From the NCBI RefSeq assembly GCF_009914755.1, contig NC_060934.1: 64,000 bases of DNA. The stretch is one strand, 5' to 3'. This DNA comes from the human T2T-CHM13v2.0 reference genome, Homo sapiens. The number at the start of each line of letters is the position of its first letter. Position 1 is the stretch's first letter. The notes beneath the pieces were generated by a model. That model saw nothing but the letters and a program-made list of their open reading frames with translations. It was not told the DNA's origin and did not search any database. Below, one piece after another: positions 1-18,442 of this stretch. The translations under genes and the position numbers were made by a program.

Positions 1-203
1 TAGTTAGGAATGTATTAGGTTATTCTTAATTTATTATATGCTTTCACTTAATTGTTTCTTCTGATTTTGAGAAAACCTCAATTATATAAAGTTATGTACC
101 TGTCAAAAGCCAAAATAAATTACTTAACAAAATAAAAAGTAAACAAAATTCTTCATAGTAAGTAATACTTCTCCCCAGACATGGATTTATGACTAGTAGC
201 TAA

Positions 204-518
<315 letters not shown>

Positions 519-1062
519 GACTAGCTAAATATTAAACATATCTGTGTGCTGGTAAGTAAATATTACATGTATCTGTGCATCAAAATCCAAGAAATATGGA
601 GTTAACCTAATAATCTAACCTAAAAAATTACTTTTCCCACTTAACTCCATGAGGAAATCTAAATAAAAATAATTTCTTTCTTACAAGGATTGAACTGAAG
701 GTATCAAAAGTAGAAGTTTTTTATATTTAAAAAGTTGTGAAGTGGAAATCTGAACTAAACAATTTAGTAAAAAGTTTTCCAAATGCCTTGTACTATACTT
801 AACAATACAGTCCACTCCTGAATTTTCTCTCCATAGTATGTTTTATAATTGCTTCTACACAGGCCTTGAAAATTTTTTGCTAAATGTATTCCAAAGTATT
901 TGTCTCTGATTACCTAATATAATTATAAATGGTATTTCCAATTTAATTATACTTAGAATTGATTAGTTCTGTGCCTTTGGATGAGCCACCGTGGCCACCC
1001 TAATTTTAGATGTTATTAAACTAGAAGCACACTTTTACATTAAACAATTACTTTCTTAAAAC

Positions 1063-2343
1063 TTTTTTTTTCCATAGGTTTTTGGGGAACAGGTAGCTTT
1101 TGGATACATGAGTAAGTTCTTTAGCGGTGATTTGTGGGATTTTGGTGCACTCACTACATGAGCAGCATACACTGAACCCAATTTGTAGTCTTTTATCACT
1201 CAATCCCCACCCACCATTTCCCCCGCAAGGCCCCAAAGTCCACTGTATGATTCTTATGCCTTTGCATCCTCACAGCTTAGCTCCCACTTATGAAAGAGAA
1301 CATACGATGTTTGGTTTTTCATTCCTGAGTTACTTCACTTAGAGTAACAGTCTCCAATCCCATCCAGGTTGTTGTGAATGCCACTAACTCATTCCTTTTT
1401 ATGGCTGAGTAGTATTCCATTGTGTGTGTAAGAATTTCTTTATCCACTCCTTGATTGATGAGCATTTGTGCCAGTTCCATATTTTTGTAATTCTAAATTG
1501 TGCTGCTTTGAACATGACTGTGCAAGTATCTTTTTCATATAATGACTACTTTTCCTCTGGGTAGACACCCAGTAGTGAGACTGCTGGATCCCACTACTGG
1601 GTATGGTACTTCTACTTAAAGGAATCTTCACACTGTCCATATTAGTCATACTAGTTTACATTCCCACCAGCGGTGTAAGAATGTTCCCTTTCCATCACAT
1701 CTGCACCAATATCCATTATTTTTTGACTTTTTAATAATAGCTAATCTGACTGGTGTGAGATGATCTCATGATTTTGATTTGCATTTCCCTGATCATTAGT
1801 GATGTTGAGCATTTTTTAATAAGTTTGTTGGCCATCTGCCACTTGTGCATATTCTTTTGAGAATTGTCTATTCATGTCCTTAGCCCACTTTTTGATGGGA
1901 CTGTTGAACTTTTTGTTTGAGTTCGTTGTAGATTCTGGATATTAGTCCTTTGTAGGATGTATACACTGTGAGGATTTTCTCCCACTCAGTGGGTTGCCTG
2001 TTTACTCTGTTGTTACTTTTGGCATGCAGAAGCTCTTTAAGTCCCACCTATTTATCTTTGTTTTTGTTGCATTTGCTTTTGGGTTCTTGGTCATGAAGTC
2101 TTTGCCTAAGCCAATATCTAGAAGGGTTTTTCCAATGTTATCCTCTAGAATTGTTAGTTTCAGATCTTAGATTTAAGTCTTTGATCTACTTTGAGTTGAT
2201 TTTTGTATAAGGTGAGAGACGAGGATCCAGTTTCATTCTTCTACATGTGACTTGCCAATTCTCCCAGCACTATTTGTTGAATAGGGTGTTCTTTCCCCAC
2301 TTCATGTTTTTGTTTGTTTTGTTGAGGATCAGTTGGCTGTAAC
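1063..2343 (-). mobile_element. LINE-1 3' end (L1PB-like), 5'-truncated
   Basis: ttccataggtttttggggaacagg...gagtaagttctttag resembles the L1PB 3' UTR in antisense, then antisense ORF2 C-terminal sequence (gatgttgagcattttt, gatccagtttcattcttctacatg). Confidence 0.9.
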
Positions 2344-2386
2344 TATTTGTTAAAAAAAGTTCCTTTAGAATCTTCTGTATTTCTCA

Positions 2387-2674
2387 GGCAGGGGATGTGG
2401 TGGCTCATGCCTATAATCCCAGCACTTTGGGAGGCCAAGGCATGCAGATTGCTTGAGTCCAGGAGTTCAAGACCAGACTGGGCAAAATGAAGAAACTCCA
2501 TCTCCACTAAAAATGCAAAAGTTAGCCAGCCATAGTGGCACACACCTGTAGTCCCAGCTACTTGGGAGACTGAGGTGGGAGAATCACCTGAGCAAGGGAA
2601 GTCGAGGCTACAGCAAGCTGTGATCATGCCACTACAACCAGAGTGAGACCCTGTCACAAACACACACACACAAA
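2387..2674 (+). mobile_element. Alu (AluJ-like) with (CA)n-type tail
   Basis: Alu dimer sequence, gattgcttgagtccaggagttc. Confidence 0.9.
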
Positions 2675-2756
2675 CTATATTTTCCAAACAATTCATCATT
2701 TATGGTAGGCTTCGCTTCTTTGTAAGGATTCAAAGTTTTGTTTTTTTTTTTTTCAA

Positions 2757-3517
<761 letters not shown>

Positions 3518-3667
3518 CTTTTCATCTATTGTAACATTCCTTCTGCCATAAGAACCTTAACATTTCTTGCAGTTCATGTCTGCTAATGATGAATCCACTC
3601 AGTTTTTATTTGCCTGGAAGTTTTTTTCTCTTCACTTTTGAAGGTTATACTTGCTGAAAGAAATTCT

Positions 3668-4290
<623 letters not shown>

Positions 4291-4576
4291 AACACGCAAA
4301 CAAAAATTTGTTGTTTTCATTTAGCACTTCAAACATGTCATTCCACTGCATTTGGCTTGAAAATTTTTTGATTAGTTAGAAGTACGCAGTAATTTTCATA
4401 TCTGTTTTTCCGAAAGTAATGTGCCTTGATTCATTGGCTGCTTTTGGCATTTTATACTTGTCACTGCTTTTGAGGCATTTGGTTATGATGTGGCTTCTTA
4501 CGTGTTTTTTGGTTTGTTTTGTGTGTACTTCTCTTGCTTGTAATTTTCTTTTATTCTGTATATAATATTCATACTT

Positions 4577-5272
4577 TCTGAGACAGAGTTTCGCTCCTCT
4601 CCAGGCTGGAGTGCAATGGCATGATCCCTGCTCACTGCAACTTCCGCCTCCTGTGTTCAAGCGATTCTCCTGCCTCAGCCTCCCAAGTAGCTGAGATCCC
4701 AGGTGCCCACCATGATGCCCAGTTAATTTTTTTATTTTTAGTAGAGATGGGGTTTCACCATGTTGGCCAAGTTGGTCTTGAACTCCTGACCTCAGGTGAT
4801 CCGCCCACCTCGGCCTCCCAAAGTGCTGGGATCACAGGCGTGAGCCACCACAGCTGGCCAATATTCATACATTTTTATGTAGTAATGTGGTATTCTGCTA
4901 CATGCATAGAATTGTATTGATCAAGTTAAGGTATTTAGAGTATCCACCACCTTGAGTATTTATCTTTTTGTTTGTTTGTTTTTTGAGATGGAGTCTTGCT
5001 CTGTTGCCCAGGCTGGAGCCCACTGGCAGGATCTTGGCTTGGCTCACTGCAACATCCACCCCCTGGGTTAGAGCAATTCTCATGTCTCAGCCTCCCGAGT
5101 AGGTGGGATTACAGGCGCATGCCACTATGGCTGGCTAATTTTTGTATTTTTAGAAGAGACGGGGTTTTGCCATGTTGGCCAGGCTGGTTTTGAATTCCTG
5201 ACCTCAAGTGATCCACCTACCTCAGCCTCCCAAAAGTGCTGGGATTACAGGCATGAGACACCATGCCCAGTC
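4577..5272 (-). mobile_element. Two antisense Alus (4577-4859, 4965-5272) inserted in an L1MA 3'-end fragment (about 4555-5640)
   Basis: TSDs aatattcatac and ag(t/c)atttatc; intervening gatcaagttaaggtatttagagtatccaccaccttgagtatttatc is L1MA-like. Confidence 0.88.
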
Positions 5273-5336
5273 AGCATTTATCATTTCTATGTGCTAGGAA
5301 CATTTAAGTCTTCTCTTCTATTTTGAAATATAAAAC

Positions 5337-5536
5337 GCTGGATATGGTGGCTCATGCCTGTAATCCCAGCACTTTGGGAGGCCGAGGTGGGCAGATCCAC
5401 GAGGTCAGAAGATTGAGACCACTCTGGCCAACATGATGAAACCCCGTTTCTACTAAAAATACAAAATTTAGCTTGGCACAGTGGCGTGTGCCTGTAATCC
5501 CAGCTACTTGGGAGGCTGAGGCAGGAGAATCACTTG
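5337..5536 (+). mobile_element. 3'-truncated Alu
   Basis: Alu sequence stops at ggagaatcacttga with no tail. Confidence 0.9.
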
Positions 5537-5956
5537 ACTTATTAACTATAGTCATCCTGCTCTGCCATAGAACATTGGAACTTATTTCTTCTATTTGAAT
5601 GTATGTCTCTACTGATTAATCAACTTCTCTCATCCTCCTAAGCCTACTACACACACACACACACAATCATTCCCATTGTTTGCAATTCTTTAAGATTCTT
5701 GACTCTGCATGTTTATAATGTTCTTGCAAATATGAAAACATTTCGTACATTATTTAATCAAATATTTTCACTGGCTGCCTCCTTGTCCTTGCACCCTCCT
5801 CCAACACCAGAATGCCAATGGTGCATACATAAATATTTGATATCATTCCAAAGGCCACTGAAATTCTATTCAGTGTGCCCCGTCGCCCCCCATCCCATCT
5901 ATTCTATCTGTGCTTCATTTTGCATTGTTTCTATTGCTACATTAAAGGTCACTGAT

Positions 5957-6441
5957 CTTTTTTCTTTTCTTTTCGAGACAGGGCCTTGCTCTGTCAACCA
6001 GGCTGGAATGCAGTGGCACGATCACGGCTCACTGCCACTCCAACCTCCAAGGCTCAAGTGATCCTCCTGCCTCAGCAGCCTCCCAAGTAGCTGAGAGTAT
6101 AGCCATGCACCACCACGCTCGTTTTGTTTTGTTTTTGGAGACAGGGTCTGGCTCTATCACCCAGGCTGGAGTGCAGCGGTGCCATCTCGACTCACTACAA
6201 CCTCTGCCTCAAGTTCAGGTAATTCTGGCATCTCAGGCTCCCAAGTAGCTGGGAATTACAGGTGCCTGCCAACACGCCCAGCTAATTTTTGTTAATTTTT
6301 AACTTTTTTGTAGAGATGGTGTCTCCTTATGTTGCCCAGGCTAGTCTTGAACTCCTAGACTCGAGGAATCCTCCTATCCTGGCCTCCCAAAGTGTTGGCA
6401 TTACATGTTGGGATTACAAGTGTCAGCCACCACCCCCAGCT
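5957..6441 (-). mobile_element. AluJ-like element with extra nested right-arm unit (about 6121-6290)
   Basis: two right arms then one left arm; TSD tgatcttt. Confidence 0.85.
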
Positions 6442-7118
6442 TGATCTTTTCTTTTCCCATGTCTAATATCTTGAAATCACCATCCAGTGATTTCATTTGT
6501 GTTGTTCACCTCTAAATGTTCATTTGAGTCTTTTTTATATTTTACATTTCTCTTATGTTAATGTTTTACTTTAAATCCTTGAGTATACTGAGTATATTAT
6601 AATCATGCCCTTTTCTGCCATTTCCTTCATTCTGTCATTATTGCATCTGTTTCTGTTGTTTGCTCCTTTAAATATTCTGTTACTGGTCCAAAAATATACG
6701 AACTGATAATAACATGTCCAGAACTCTTACGTAAGTTCAACATTCCTGGGACATCAATACTTGTGATTTTCTAAACAAACTGGAATTTAAAAAAAAAAAG
6801 TTTCTTCGGCATAGATAATTTGAGAAGTACTGACCTAGACTTTTAGGTTCAGGGTTAATATGGACATATTTTCTCTATACTTTGGTTAGCTTCACTAACC
6901 AATGTATTTCATCATCTTCACTTCATTTATCTCTTTCAACGTTTCCTTAAATGGGTCTGCTCATTTCAGTGCCTCATCTAAACTTATTTTTAATATTAAG
7001 GTTTGAAAAACCTTCTGGTATCTGTATTCTTGATAAAAATTTTTATTATGGCTTTAATATCTGAATGACAACTTGGTGGGATTTAAAATCTAGGTTCTCT
7101 TCAAACCTTAAAAAATGC

Positions 7119-7406
<288 letters not shown>

Positions 7407-7867
7407 TTACATTCAAGAGTTACTGCTGAAAAAGTGTGATGCCAATCTAATTCTTCTTCATTTGTTTGTGACTTTTTTTTTTCCCTCATCTCTGCAAGTC
7501 TTTAGCATTTTCTTTATCTCTGGCAGTCTTATATTTTAACTTTAACGTATGTTGTGTTTCTTTCTTCTCTCTTGACTCTGAACTCCTTTTAATCTGAAAT
7601 TTCTCACCTCTCTCTTTTCTCTCTCACTTTAATTCTAGAAAACTATCCCTTTTATCCCTTTAAGTATTTATTCTCCACTTAAAAAAAATTATCTCCCTTC
7701 TTAGATTCCTATCTTCTGGATGTCAATACCTTTATTTCTGTATTTGATAGCTGTCAATTTTTCTTTTATATTTGCTATTTCCTTGTCCTTTTATCCCCGT
7801 GAAATATTCTCTTTAATCTTCCAATTAACAATTTTGTTCTTCAAATAGATCAATTCTGTTATTCATC

Positions 7868-8341
<474 letters not shown>

Positions 8342-8758
8342 TGATATTGAGTAATTTTTTCTTTTAGATTTTATTTCATATTATCTTCCTCTAATATTTT
8401 TAATACATTTATTAGGATAATTTTATATTCATCATTTGTCTAATCTAGTATTTCTACTACTAATGGCATCTGTAATCCAGTATATTATTTTTCTTTCCTT
8501 TGAATGTTTTATTTGGTCTGTGTGCTCATTTTCTTCTAGGAAAATACATTTAAGCAATGTATATAGACGATGTCAGCCCACAATCACTGTCAGCCCCATT
8601 GAGCTCAAGACATACAGGTGGAAAATACCTAAGGTGGAATATTCCAGGCAGCAGAAAACTACAATCTCTCATCTTTTCTCAAAACAATTCCTTGGGAAAG
8701 TAGCTTCACTATTTTTTCACATGTTAAAGCATCTAAATGGAGACTCTTCTTCGACTAT

Positions 8759-9717
8759 TGTGATAACATGAAATATATATTTGTTTTTTGTCTCCATTTC
8801 CTGACATACAGCTTCTAAAATCCTTGTAGATACAGGCACTAGGAGAATCTTTTGTTCTAATATTTGTCCTTTGACTCCTGGTTCCTGACACCGAGCTCCT
8901 AAATCCCTAGGAATTTCCTAGGTGACAGAAGACTCTTTTGTTCTAATGAGGCAATCTTGGTGGGCTTCTAGATAGCCCCAGGATGGTGCTTGTTACCAAG
9001 GGAACCAACCATGTGTTTAGAGAGTTGGAAAGTTCATAGCCCCACCCCAGACCTCCAGGGAGAGGAGAGGGGCTGAATTGAGTTGATCAACAATGGCCAA
9101 TTATATAATCAATGATGCCTATGTAATGAAGTCTCCATAAAACCCCCTAAAAATAGAGTTTGAATGAGGTTCCAGACTGGTGTACAAGAACACATCCACG
9201 TGCCAGGTGGGTGGCACACACAAACTCCACAGGGATGAAAGTTCCTGTTCTCTGGACCCTTCCAGATCCCATCCCATGTATCTTCATCTGGCTATTCATT
9301 TGTATCCTTTAAAATATTCTTTGTAATAAATCGGTAAACATAATAAGTAAAGTGTTTCTCTGACCTTTGTGAATTGCTCTAGCAAACTAATTGAACATGA
9401 GAAGGAGCTGGTCTATAGCTGATCAGTGAATTTTATAGCTGCTCAGTCAGAAGTATAGGTGACAACCTACTACTTGCGATTGTCATCTGAAGTGGGAGGC
9501 AGTCTTGTGAGATTGAGTCCTCAATCAGTGGGATCTGACGCTAGCTGTAGGTAGACAGCGTGAAAAAATAATTCAGTTGGAGGATATCCAGCTCATGTCT
9601 GCTGGAGATCTGCTAGGTGTGTAAGAAAATACCCCAACACATCTGGTGTCAGAAGTGTTGTGTTGAGTCGACAGTGGAAAAAACAATTTGGTTTGGTTTT
9701 TCCTGCATCTCTTACCA
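8759..9717 (+). mobile_element. Solo LTR, MER21 family (ERVL-related)
   Basis: TG...CA termini with perfect 5-bp TSD actat (8754-8758, 9718-9722); ttcctgacaccgagctcctaaatccctaggaatttcc and gacctccagggagaggagagggg are MER21-like; internal aataaa at about 9325. Confidence 0.88.
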
Positions 9718-10643
9718 ACTATAGCGTATTAGCACTGAGAACTGTCTGGGTAAGAGGTAGGGAAGCAAAAGTTCATTTTTTAAATCCACTCAGAAGGAAA
9801 GGGCCTCTGCACTATCCTGAATTGACTCCTCAAAATATCAAAGGTCTGATACTTTACAAGTGTACGCGAGTTAGGCACCTTTGCTTCAAAGGCGTGAAGA
9901 GCTTCAATAGTTCCTTTCCTATTTTTTCTTCTGATAGCCAAGAGGATGCCCTCTCTCTTGACCTGGGACAAAGCTTCTCTATTCCACACACCAGTTCAAA
10001 ACAGCCTTTCTTCCACCAACCTAGGGGATTTCTCACCATTTGCTCAGAACATTTAGTTTTCCCTTCTAACTGCTGAAGCTGACCTTGGGTGAGGAAGCCA
10101 AAAGTCACACTTCTTGAATGTCTTTTAAGGAATCTAAACCAGTTCATTCATTGTAATGATGAAATATCTTCTCATCTGAGTATATTAAGAGGATTTTCCC
10201 CCAAAGCTTTCAAAACAGTTCCTTGTATTTTCCTGGCTATTCTTTTTTTCCTACATGTTTATTCTCTCTCATGTTGGGAAAGCTCTTTTCAAATGTTGCA
10301 CATGCCTTGGTTATCAATTTACATAAAAGAGAAAAGAATATTATTAAAATGAGTGGATGTCAGTTTACTGAGGATCTCACCTAAGGACTCTAAATTTTCA
10401 GAATTTTTTTCCTCTGGAAAATTCAGATTTCTACAAAGACAAAATCCCCCTCTAAACTCTTAGTTAAAAGGTATATGCCAACCTGCAGTATATTATGAGC
10501 GCAAGAGATGGAAAGTGACTTAGGTGGAAGGGACTCAGTACGATGATTTTAAAGCTGCTAAATTGTAAAATACAAAATGCAAGAAATTAAGATAGAATAG
10601 GGTTTAACTTTTTACACTTATTTGAATTGTTAAAAAATTTTCT

Positions 10644-10991
<348 letters not shown>

Positions 10992-11351
10992 TCAAATGTT
11001 AATATTAATGTAATTAATATATATTGATGTATATTAACAATTGTTTACGTATCTAGTCATAAATACAGAGGCAGAGCTGGGAAAAGTATTTAATATATAT
11101 AAAAATTTAACATATACATACATAGATCTATATATGAAAATTAGATAATGTTGAACAAAAAGTAGAGAAGAGAGAAAAGGAAAGAACTGCCGCCTTGGGC
11201 AAGACCAAAGCAGCACTGGGTAAGAGTATGCGAGACAGTAAAGTCAACAAAGCTGTAATGACAGCTATGATGGACAGGTAGTGCTAAAGCTGAAACACAA
11301 GGAAAAGCCTGTTGGCCACAACAAATTAATTAAGCCTAGAAACAACAGTGG

Positions 11352-11679
<328 letters not shown>

Positions 11680-11856
11680 TTATAAAACAATGTTATCCAT
11701 TCAAAAACCAGAAGTCATACTGATAAGAGCACAATAAGGCCAGGTACATAAAACTAAAAAAATTCAAGGCATACTTAGATGTGATATAAAATGAGATGGC
11801 TAGTACAATGGCCTGCGGGGGCCATCTTGTGCATTCTCTCAATCTTCAAATGTCTT

Positions 11857-12358
11857 TGTATTAGAGTTCTCCACAAAAACAGGACCAATAGAGTGTGAGC
11901 ATATTTGTGTGTGTTTCTCTGTGTGTTTGCATATGTGTGTGTGTATACATATATATATATAGGCTCATTATCTCATATGATTATGAAAGCCAAAATCCCA
12001 TGATCTGCAGCCCACAAGCTGGAGAAACAGGAAAGCCAGTGGTGTGTCTTGGTTCAAGTCTGAAAAATGAAGAACCAGGAGCACCCACATCTGAAAGCAG
12101 GAGACAAGGATGTTCCAGCTCAGAAAGAGCCAATTCATCCTTCGTCTGCCTTTTTTTTTTTTTTTTTCTATGTGGGCCCCCAAAGGATGGACAATATCTG
12201 CCCAAATGGATAAGGGTGGTCCTTCCCTACTCAGTCTACTAGCTCAAATGCTAATCTCTTCGGAAACACCCTCACAGACACAGTCAGAAATAATATCTTA
12301 CCAGGATCTGGGTATCCTGTGGCCCAGTCATGCTTACAACATAAAATGAACCATCACA
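11857..12358 (-). mobile_element. Solo LTR, MLT2 family (ERVL)
   Basis: tgtattagagttctcc...(TG)n/(TA)n...gaaacaccctcacagacac...aaaatgaaccatcaca; 5-bp TSD gtctt/gtcct. Confidence 0.88.
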
Positions 12359-12679
12359 GTCCTCAACCAACACTATCTCGTATATCCTTAAAACAGAGAA
12401 ACCAAGGTTCAGAAAAGTTACCTACTGTCACAAAAGTAAGTAAACAGCTAAACCAAAAATCAAACTCGTGTCTATCTAAATCAAGAGATCAAACACAAAT
12501 GCCAACTAAGATTCTGTGGAGGAGATAATAGTACAAAGTTAGGCCCTTGCTCCAAGAAAGTTCCTGCAGACGGAGATCAGATTTATACACATCAAACAAT
12601 ACAAACCCTGTATTATTCTATATTGACTACAACTTATAAACAAAGAAGCCTAGAGGAAAGAAAGATTCAGAATTAAACA

Positions 12680-12990
12680 GATTCCTTCATTCAATGAATG
12701 CTTCTTAAGAACTTGATATGTGACAAGCACTGGTAACCACAAAGTCAAAGCAGTGTGTTAACAAAACTCCTACCTATAGAGCTCATAATCCTGTGTGAGT
12801 GTAGAAATGGCAATAAACAAGTAAACGTGTATGTCAGATGGTGATAAGTGATTTAGAGAAAAATAAGCATTTTCGGGAAGAAAAGAGGTTCCAGGGTGGT
12901 GGTTTATACTGGGTAGTCACTGCATGTAAGTCTAATCAGAAAACATTTAATAGAAAAGACAGAACTTGAACTAGGCTTTCAGCTAGATTT
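12680..12990 (-). mobile_element. LINE-2 3' end remnant
   Basis: cattcaatgaatgc...tatgtcagatggtgataagtgatttagagaaaaataa. Confidence 0.65.
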
Positions 12991-13440
12991 TGAGTTAAAT
13001 TGTAAATTGCTGGAGTCATGAAATCCTTAGCTTGCTTCATACAAACCAAACATACATTTTTACTGTCAGCTGGCTATCTACCTAAAGCCATCATAGGTGG
13101 CCTTTATTCTCATAAAATGACAAAGATATATATAGTCTAATTCTTAATATTACAAACTCAGATATCTGATTTTGTAAGCATACTGAGACTAGATGTCCTA
13201 TTAGGGACAAACTTAGTAATCAAGCTCATAGCTACTGATATATAAACCAGAATGCAAATTTATTACTTTAAAATGATAATTATTAGCTGTTAATTAGTGT
13301 AGAAAGCATGGGGATTAACAAATAATACAAACTTTTCCTTAGGAAAGCTAAATCAAAATATTACTTGATAAACACAAATGACGTAAAACAGGGGAATAAT
13401 AAGCCCAAGAATACTAGAATAGGGTTTCTTCTACCTCAGT

Positions 13441-13622
13441 GTTTTGGTTTTTTGTTTTGTTTTGTTTTGAGACAAGAGTTTGGCTCTGTCACCCAGGATG
13501 GAGTGCTGTGAGGAGATCACAGCTCACTGCAGCCTCAATCTCCGCGCTCAATCAATTTTTATCCAGTTCACCCTCTGGAGTAGCTGAGACCACAGGCACA
13601 CACCACCCACCCAGCTAATTCC
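13441..13622 (-). mobile_element. Alu right-arm / FRAM-like monomer
   Basis: (ttttg)n then gagac...gatcacagctcactgcagcctc. Confidence 0.8.
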
Positions 13623-14310
13623 TCCGACAGTGTTTAAATAAGCAATGTCAATTTCTGGCTCTTTGGACCTCTCTTTTCTGTATCTAGAGCCTAAAAAGAA
13701 CTTTCTTCTTTCCTTCTAAACTCAAAAAAGGAGTAAATACAACTGATTAGATATCTAATTACTAAATTCAATTACATTTTGGTGCCGTCTCTCAAATTCC
13801 TTAAGTATGTACTTGACATCCAGTTAACTTATAATATAACTGATAAACAGTTAATTTACCCAAAAATATTTCATTTATTCTGGACACAGTTAAACATAAT
13901 CCTTCTTAGAATAAACTATAAATCTCAGTGAACTACCTTATTTCCAACTTTTTAGGGATCATATACTTGTTTCCATATCCCTCCAATGTCTTAATGCATA
14001 TATTCTATGTAGATCAACATACTTATATTTATTCCATTTACATATTAACTGCTAAATCCATCATAGCACAGTTGTTTTTGAATTATAAAAAATTATTTTA
14101 AATGACAACAGCAATATAATGAAGACAAAGATGCATATGTGAGCATAATATATTTTAGTACAACTAAGAACATCTTTCACGTAATGAAGTATCCACATAG
14201 AGGAACAATGAGCAACATGAATAGGTGACAAATAAGAAATGACATTTGTAATTGACGGGGAAGCGTAACAATTTCTGAGAAGTGTAATAACACAGTGAAA
14301 GCCGTGTTTA

Positions 14311-14539
<229 letters not shown>

Positions 14540-14708
14540 GATAATAAAATATGGTAACAATTTATTACAATGGCAAGAAATCAGTAATGTTATAAGATAC
14601 TGCCTATAAAGCCTAACATGAAATACTGAAGGTCCACATCAGACTGGTGGAGGCGGAGAGGTGGACAGACATTGGACACTGACACATTACTTAAAATACC
14701 AGGAGCTG

Positions 14709-15318
<610 letters not shown>

Positions 15319-15783
15319 AGGACAGCCTACAATCTGAAAAGGGGCAAGTGTTATGAGAACACAATAATAATAATATCTGGGGCTTAAAAATACGTTTCTA
15401 TGTAAACATGCTTCACCTTCATTCCAATACTTTGCTTCATCAATGTAAATAAGCCTACACAACTGTGGTTTTATCTGCTGAAATTCAATTTCTAAAAGGG
15501 TGAAACAAATAGAGAAAGTTACTTCATTGCCATTATATGTATATTTCCCCCACCCCCAAGTAAAAGCCTTTTAGTGCTGGCAGAAGAATAAATTTGGGCT
15601 AGATATACACCTTCCAGTTACAACTAAGGAAGAAGCTCACAAAAGGTAAATGGACTTCCTAAAGCACAAAGTTACGAGAAGATGTAGTGGAAGAATCCAA
15701 GTTTCAGATTTTCATTCTGCTGTCAATGCACTTTCAACTAAATTGCTTTTTAAGGATACTGTATCAAGGGTACACAGAAAAAA

Positions 15784-16410
<627 letters not shown>

Positions 16411-17106
16411 TATATAAAAATGCTATCCAATTTAGCTTGTCACATATATAAAAAATTTGAGAGGATTAGGGGAAAAAGCTGGCAATATGTTGATAACCTT
16501 TGATTTTGCATATACTTAAAAAAGAGCTCCCACTGCAAATTCATTACGAATTGAAATACACACATTTCATAAATGAGGTGAATAACATTATATTTATAGA
16601 CATGTGATGTTTTGTCTGTATTTCCAGTTTTACTGGTGAGCACTTTATCATGGCTGTTTCATATCAGAAGTAATTTTCTGTTCAAACAACTGAAATTTGC
16701 AACATACACATACATAAATGCATAAATATGGGAACAACTTTCATCTGAAACTAAATGTTCTCCCTTTTAGACTGTGTATTTTGAGGGTGTACAGACATGT
16801 TTTTACATCTTTGTATTCCAACTTAAATACCTGGAACATACTATAATAAATAGCTAATAAGTAGAATTACACAAAAATGTCTAACTCAGTTTAATATGTA
16901 CTTTAACTTTGCTAAAAAGAGGGCTGTTTTAATTTATTTGGGACATTTATTCTAGTTACTTTTATTAGTAAGTAAATGTACGTTATATTTTAATTGTATT
17001 TCACAAGATCTAGGATTACACTATCATTTCCACAGTGGCAGTGGAACTTGTGAAAACACTGTATTCACGCACTGGAAATTATCTTCACTATTAACAGTAA
17101 AAAACT

Positions 17107-17421
<315 letters not shown>

Positions 17422-17726
17422 GGAAATTAAAGACTAGCATTCATCTTCTCAAAAATTCCTAAAAGGTATTTTGCAGACTGTGAATAAATTTTGTTACTCA
17501 TTTGTGTGATAGGATAAGCAAGCAACAGGGCCTGAACAATTATTCAGAAACTTGGGTGAATAAACAAAACTATCTCCATCAATTGAAAAAAAAAAAAAAG
17601 GATATGAACTGAAAAAGTCAACTGCGGGGCCAACACAAAAACACTAAAAAAAAAAAAGAAAAAATCTTGTCAGCAACAATACACTAACTTGACAAATACA
17701 TAAAAACAAATCCACATATGTATATA

Positions 17727-18442
17727 CAAATGGTCTCTGACTTAGAATGGTTCAACTCAGAATTTTTTGACTTTCTGACATTGCGAAAGCAATACACATT
17801 CAGTAGAAATCATACTTTGAATTCTAATATTTTCCCAAGCTAGTGATACACCGTTGATACTCTCTTTCAATGTGGGTTAGCAGCAGTAAGCCACAGCTCC
17901 CCGTCAGCCACACTATTACAAAGGGTAAACAACAGAAATTCTATAGTTTATTGTGTTGCCTGATGATTTTGCCCAACTATAGGGTAAGTGTCCTGAGCAT
18001 GTTTTTTTGTTTTGCTTTGTTTTTTGAGACGGAGTCTCGCTCTGTCGCCCAGGCTGGATGCAGTGGTACAATCTAGGCTCACTGCAACCTCCGCCTCCTG
18101 GGTTCAAGAGATTCTCGTGTCTCAGCCTCCCGAGTAGCTGGGACTACAGGAATGCGCCACCACGCCCGGCTAATTTTTTATATTTTTAGTAGAGATGGGG
18201 TTTCACCATGTTGGCCAGGCTGGTCTCGAACTCCTGACCTCAGGTGATCCACCTGCCCTGACCTCCCAAAGTGCTGGGACTACAGGCGTGAGCCACCACA
18301 CCCGGCCCTAAGCACGTTTAAAGGTAGGCTACACTAAGCTATGATGTTTGGTAGGTTAAGTGTACTAAATGCATTTTCAATTTAGAATATTTTCACAACT
18401 TACAATGGTTTTTAGAATTTAACATAAGTCAAAGAACATCTG
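17727..18442 (-). mobile_element. Tigger-family MITE (MER82-like) interrupted by an antisense Alu (18002-18307)
   Basis: TA on both sides; imperfect TIRs caaatggtctctgactta / taagtcaaagaacatctg; Alu TSD ct(g/a)agca(t/c)gttt. Confidence 0.8.

Noticed and set aside
8436-10352. ORFs of 87-138 aa around the MER21 LTR
   Set aside because: No recognisable protein motifs or splice context; consistent with chance ORFs in decayed repeat DNA.
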